Source: Octopus vulgaris
Lineage: Eukaryota
Assembly (NCBI GenBank): GCA_951406725.2
Contig: OX597816.1
Location: 49,290,001-49,354,000 of the forward strand
Length of the DNA: 64,000 nt
Reading direction: 5' to 3'
The position numbers and the translations under genes were made by a program. This document shows positions 56,601-64,000 of the stretch, one piece after another (position 1 is the stretch's first letter; every line of letters starts with the position of its first letter). A model generated the notes under the pieces. The model was not told where the DNA came from, did no database searches, and saw only the letters and a program-made list of their open reading frames with translations.

Positions 56601-56800
56601 GGGACACATATGTGTGTGTGCACTTCATATCTCTGCTTTCCTTCTTCATTTGTATTTTGCAACAAACATGAAATCCCAGACGGTCTGGAAAAGTACGATA
56701 AAATTGTCATATGTAAATATGAGACGACGAATGTCTGCATTTTAATGAATAAAGACTCATCTATATCACAAAAATTAAAATCAATAATATGTTTGGATGA
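52840..56800 (-). pseudogene. Decayed class A GPCR, prostanoid-receptor-like, probably two exons
   Basis: Ordered motifs: LMGQLL..PVVV (TM2); C(56016-18)..SNE-TGA with exact C3.25 to R3.50 spacing; IALILGLYVFISFLLSS (TM4); YQQ..WKC; IGVLSIIFLNV (TM5); EE..IIVSWGLLNV (TM6); donor CAG/GTAAGT at 55017/55016; RVHISQIYDPL..IL (TM7, about 52875-52920). Multiple stops and frameshifts. Confidence 0.5.
56325..56600. repeat. (TA)n/(CA)n microsatellite interrupting the GPCR-like relic
   Basis: Directly visible. Confidence 0.95.
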
Positions 56801-57383
56801 TATCAGCAAATTTGTGAAAATTAAGAGAGACAACACTGAAGAACCATAAACGAAACTTACCAAATTAATTAAAGTTGAAAACACACAAATAGATTCTAAT
56901 TATTTCCAGTATATAAGAATGTACATCTACGGAAACGTAGTCTTGAAAACAGGATAGCACGTTAGCAAAATAATATTGATTTCTAATACACAAGACCAAA
57001 TAGTCTTTGGACAGATACTAGTCGATTACATCATGGCTCTAATTTTGCACATTCGTAAGTATGAAAGGTAGATTCAGAATATAAAAGGACGTAACTAAAT
57101 GAAACGAGACATTTTTTTTAGCATTCACTGAGACATAATACAAATGACACTGCAAATAGGAAACATGATCACCATGTAATGGCAAAGCGTAAGTCATATT
57201 GTATCTTTTCAATGCAAGAGAAGGAATGCTAAATAGACCGAGAGGTATCAAAGCAGACATCACTAAAAATATTAAAAAAAGCATGTTTGAAAATATACAA
57301 TGATGCGCATAACGCAACGGTAATGGCGTGCAGCTAGTGATGCAGTTGAAAATAGTAACAACAACACTCATGATGATGATGAC

Positions 57384-57446
<63 letters not shown>

Positions 57447-57868
57447 TCCTTCTACTATAGGAACAAGGCCTGAAATTTGGGGGAAGAGTATAGTCGACTA
57501 CTGGTACTTAACTTATCGACCCCGAAAAGTTGAAAGGCAAAGTTGACTTCGGCGGCATTTGAATTCAGACGGTATCGACGGCGAGCTGGCAGAAACGTTT
57601 GCACGCCGGGCGAAATGCTGAGTGGTATTTCGTCTGCCGTTACGTTGTGAGTTCAAATTCCGCCGAGGTCGACTTTGCCTTTCATCCTTTCGGGGTCGAT
57701 AAATTAAGTACCAGTTACGCACTGGGGTCGATGTAATCGACTTAATACCTATGTCTGTCCTTGTTTGTCCCCTCTATGTTTAGCCCCTTGTGGGTAATAA
57801 CGAAATAGGTATCGACGGGCGAAATACCGCCAAGTATTTCGTTCAGCGTGCTAAGAGTTCTGCCAGCT
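57447..57868. mobile_element. SINE family B (+, about 57578-57807) nested antisense inside an older family B copy (-)
   Basis: 11-bp TSD ggtatcgacgg at 57571-57581 and 57808-57818. Confidence 0.9.
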
Positions 57869-57879
57869 AATAATAGTTT

Positions 57880-59527
57880 GCGTGAAGACTAGAGGAACGC
57901 ATGATATGTTATACATAGACAAAGCAATTCTAAATGAAGGGAACGCTAGAAAGGAAAATAGCAGGCAACATAAGAGAATTAATTAACTGTAGCATGAAGA
58001 AGTGGAAAATAAATCGCTATTCAGGTTAGGGAAGTCGATATCAAGAAAGAAATTTTCCAAGGAGACTCGTTTTTCTCCTTTGATATTTGTCTTACGCTTG
58101 ATCCCCCTCAGTTTAGTATTAAGGAAAGCAAAGGTAGAGTATCAGTTCAGAAATAGCAAGGGAAAATTAACCATTTGCTCTACCTGAATCATTTGAAGCT
58201 GTTTAGTAAGAATGAAAAAGAGGTAGATTCCTTAATACAGACTAAAAGACTTTTCAGTAAATATATAGGCATGGAATTTGGCATAGATAAGTGTGCAATA
58301 TTAGTCATAAGAAGGGGACAGGTAGGTACCAGCGAAGGCATTCAATTTCTGAATTAGCAAAGCTAGATAGAATTAGGAAGGAATCCGATGTGAATGGAGG
58401 ACTCCACCTACGGGCTGGATTAGCAAGATTATACCTACCTAGAAACGAAGGTTGAAGTGGGTTAATATCAGTAGAAGACTGCTTGGGGTTAGCTAGCTTA
58501 TGTAGGTGAGAGTGAAGAAAGATTATTAACAGCTGCTAGAGTTAGAGCTTGACATAGGGAATCCAAAACCTCAAACGCACTTAAAAACCAGAAAAAATAA
58601 CAGAAAATATCTGATTGGCTCGAGAAGGCCTTTTATGGTAGATTCCCAAAGATAGTTGCAGCAAATAGTAGTAGTTATAGTTATAGTTGCAGCAGAAAGG
58701 AAAACTGAAGAGGAAGAAAAGAAGTTTGTTAGTAGCTGCACAAGATAAAGCATTGAGGACTAATTGGGTAAAGGCCAAGATAGACAAAATCCAAGTAGAT
58801 TCCCATTGTGGATTATACAAATCAAAAGAGGAAAGCGTTTCTCACATAATAAGTGAATGTAGCATGCAGGCACAGAAAGAATACAAGAAAAGACATAACA
58901 ATCTAGGGAGAGCGATCCACTAGGAGCTATGTAGAAAGGTAGGATTTGAACATACTGATAACTGGTATGAATATGAACTTAGTAAAGAAATAGAAAGTAA
59001 GAAATATAAGACGTTGTGGGACTTCAACATTCAGACTGACAGTATAATAGGCTTTACAGTCCTAAATGATGGAGACATTAATATGAGAAGGATAGACAAA
59101 ATAGCAAAATACCAGGACCTAGCCATTGAATGACAGTGCTGTTAAAATGTATCCCAGTAGCTAGAGGTACATTGGAAACTATCCCTAAAGATCTGAACAC
59201 ATGGATAGAGGAAATAGACACCAAAACCTGGTTTAATACAGCTCCAGAAACCAGTGTTATTAGGGATAACTAGGATACTTAGGAGGGATCTTGGCACCTA
59301 ATGTTGCTTGCTGTAGCCCGATAGGAGGGTTCTTGAAATTTAGGCTACTTGTAGCACGATGTTAGGATTTTTCTTTTCCAAGTCTAATCTATTGAGTGTA
59401 TATGAAAATAATGCTATTGGGAACAGCTACGATACAGAGGAACGGTTTTGGCATCGAAGGTTACTTGTTATAGCCCGATGTTAGGAATTTTCCTTTCCCT
59501 CCAGTCTAATCTGTTGCGTGTATATGA
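57880..59527 (+). mobile_element. R4/Dong-type LINE, internally deleted
   Basis: SPLIFVL, HLKLFSK, MEFGIDKCA, LLVAAQDKALRTN, CGLY..ESVSHIISEC, YKKRHN, LWDFNIQTD, KYQDLA and LQKPVLLG motifs. Confidence 0.88.
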
Positions 59528-59528
59528 A

Positions 59529-61385
<1,857 letters not shown>

Positions 61386-62071
61386 ATAATAATAATAATA
61401 ATAAGAAGAAGAATTACAATAATCCTTATTTTTGAACAAAGTCAGCAATTTAGAGAGTGGTGAATGTCGCTTGCATCGACCCCAGTGCTTATCTAATACT
61501 AATGTTATCGACTTCGAAAGGATGAAAAGCAAATCATCAATAACAGTTTTCTTATTTACTAGAGGGAAAATGGCAGATGGGACAGAATAAGACTAAGTAA
61601 AGGTTTCAAATGATTATAATATATTACCAGATAAATTTTGAGAAATTCTTAATAAGATTTGTCGCATTACTTAGTATTGTTATCATTTTGAAATACACAG
61701 GCGTGTTGCCAAATGAAGTTATATTTCAATGCTTCTGACCACATTTACTATAAAACATCAATCTATTTTTCTGCTTCACTGTTCCTTTCAAAATCCTATT
61801 ACATATAAACTGTCTTTATCAATATATCTGAATGTTTTCTTTATTTACTTTAATAGGCGTCAGCCTCTCAGTTTATTTACACAGAACGCTTGTCCACATA
61901 GGCATACACATGTTTGTGCGTATGTTTGCACTTATAGAACTATGCGCTTTAGAGCACGCATGTGGTTCGAGACCCGTAGGCGATGTTACAAAAATTTTCG
62001 TCCACTTCTGTATCACACACACACGCAAACACATTCACTCACGCACGGTCATATGAATACATACACATATA

Positions 62072-62144
<73 letters not shown>

Positions 62145-62145
<1 letters not shown>

Positions 62146-62345
62146 TTTCATTCTTTTACTTGCTTCAGTCGTTTGACTGCGGTCATGCTGGAGCACCGCT
62201 TTTAGTCATTCAAATAAACTCCAGGACTTATTCTTTGTAGGCCTAGTACTTATACTATCGTTCTCTTCTGCCGGAACACTAAGTTACGGGAACGTAAACA
62301 CACCAATCACGGTGGTGGGGAAGGAACAAACACAGACACACAAAC
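62145..62345 (-). mobile_element. SINE family C, 3' half
   Basis: ttttacttgcttcagtcgtttgactgcggtcatgctggagcaccgc. Confidence 0.82.
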
Positions 62346-63321
62346 ATATACACAAGCATTCACACACACACTCACACACGTGCGCACACACACACACACA
62401 CATATATATATATGTATGTATGCATTTATATATATATATATGTATATATTCATATATGTATATATACATATATATATATGTATATATGTATATATATGTA
62501 TATATGCATATATATGTATATATATGTGTGTATACACACATACATATACATATAAAGCAAGATATACTTACTCATAACCTTATACAGCAAACATGAGCGA
62601 GAATTTGAATGCTTAATGTTGATAGGCAATTAAACACGTATTCTGCGGTATTTCATACAAATATCCATTGGACTTACGATACGTAACTCTGAAATGTTCC
62701 TCTGAGCATATCACAATTTAGCGACGTATCGCATCAGCACTAAATTCAGCAGTGGTTCGACAGTTTACAATACTCAATTCCACAGACTTGGTGAGAAAGA
62801 AGGCTGAGATAAAATTTTATGGTCTATCTGATTATGTGGTATTACGAGTCGAAGCTTTCAGTAATGCACTGTTGACACGGTAGTATAAATCCCTCTCGAG
62901 GCATTATCTGAATTATCTGCGATTTGTGTCAACCAGCGTAATATGAATCCTAATGGCGAAGAAAATTAAATCTGAACAGCATTTCTCATTCAATTGCTTA
63001 ACTGAGCAAAATATCATTAACGGTACACTGTATCGCTGTCATTAAAGCAAAAGCCAAACAAATATTCAATCGTTTTAATGTGATCGTTATTTGTATATTA
63101 TATCAACATTGTATTATATAAGAAAGAAGATATAAGAAAAATTTCTCTTCAGTATATCTTTATAAACTGATCTAATTTATACAGAATTTCTGCATAAGCA
63201 ATATTTTTTGTGCATTAGTATTCATCTCCATTCTTTCCGTGCCAAAATTTTAAGTCCACTTATATTTCTTGCTATTGTCATAGCTTAAGCATTAGCATTT
63301 AGTCACGGCAAAACAAACAGG

Positions 63322-63508
63322 AAGGGAGAGTGAGAGAAATTTGGGACGAAAGAGTACAACAGGGGTCGCCTCCACCCCATGCCAGAGCCTCGTGGAGCTT
63401 TTAGGTGTTTTCGCTCAATAAACACACAAAACGCCTGGTCTGGGAATGGAAACCGCGATCCTCCGACCGCGAGTCCGCTGCCCTTACCACTGGGCCATTG
63501 CGCCTCCC
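63322..63508 (-). mobile_element. SINE family A, 5' half
   Basis: gaccgcgagtccgctgcccttaccactgggccattgcgcctcc. Confidence 0.88.
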
Positions 63509-63747
63509 AGTATCGTCAAGCACAGCAATAAATCCATGTTAGTTCAAGGTACGCTGGTAAGGATATGTCATACGTGGATATTTGTTATAGCTTAAAGAGA
63601 AGGAACCAGTAAATATATACACAAGTGCTTCTATATGTACATGCACGTGTACACTTGTGTCTGAGTGTGCATTTACATATTTATGTACACACGCGTGTGT
63701 GTATGTGTTTACATATATATAAGCGTGTATATATATATATATATATA

Positions 63748-64000
63748 TATAGCAGTATCGCCCGGCGTTGCTCAGGTTTGTAAGGGAAATAACTATAAAG
63801 CATTTTTAGAGAGTTATAGCCAAAAAATAGCAAAAAAATGGAAAAAAAATGATGGTAAATTTTTTTTGAGAGTTAAAAAAGGTAGAGTTGCGTCCCCTAG
63901 ACGGTCTGTGGTTTGGGTTTCTAATTCTCGACCCCATGTCGAATTTATCGATTTTTTTCAGAACTGGGGGAACTTTTCAAAATTTTCGCTGCGTTAGTTT
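63748..64000 (-). mobile_element. Putative Helitron-like 3' end; the element continues beyond the window
   Basis: + strand atagcagtatcgcccggcgttgctcaggt next to (TA)n, i.e. a subterminal GC hairpin near a CTAG-like end on the minus strand. Confidence 0.45.

Overview
AT-rich, microsatellite-dense eukaryotic DNA with no intact protein-coding gene. The tRNA-derived SINE families and repeat landscape look like an Octopus or other coleoid cephalopod genome (inference). Almost all ORFs in the supplied track are microsatellite or repeat artefacts. Supportable content: a decayed Penelope-like retroelement (PLE; RT + C-terminal GIY-YIG) at 2.2-4.4 kb; several PLE pseudo-LTR (pLTR) relics carrying type I hammerhead ribozyme (HHR) motifs; six R4/Dong-type LINE fragments, mostly in or beside (TAA)n arrays; three tRNA-SINE families; mariner, piggyBac and Helitron-like relics; local duplications; and two badly decayed class A GPCR-like pseudogenes. 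The most interesting signals are RNA-level. (1) A nearly perfect 560-bp tandem repeat with one minus-strand HHR per unit, a retrozyme/circRNA candidate. (2) A PLE pLTR containing a tRNA-Ile-like Pol III promoter upstream of an HHR, seen both on the autonomous element and as a free SINE-like copy. (3) HHRs with an unusually long (about 50-60 nt) stem II. All alignments and folds were done by eye, so boundaries are approximate.
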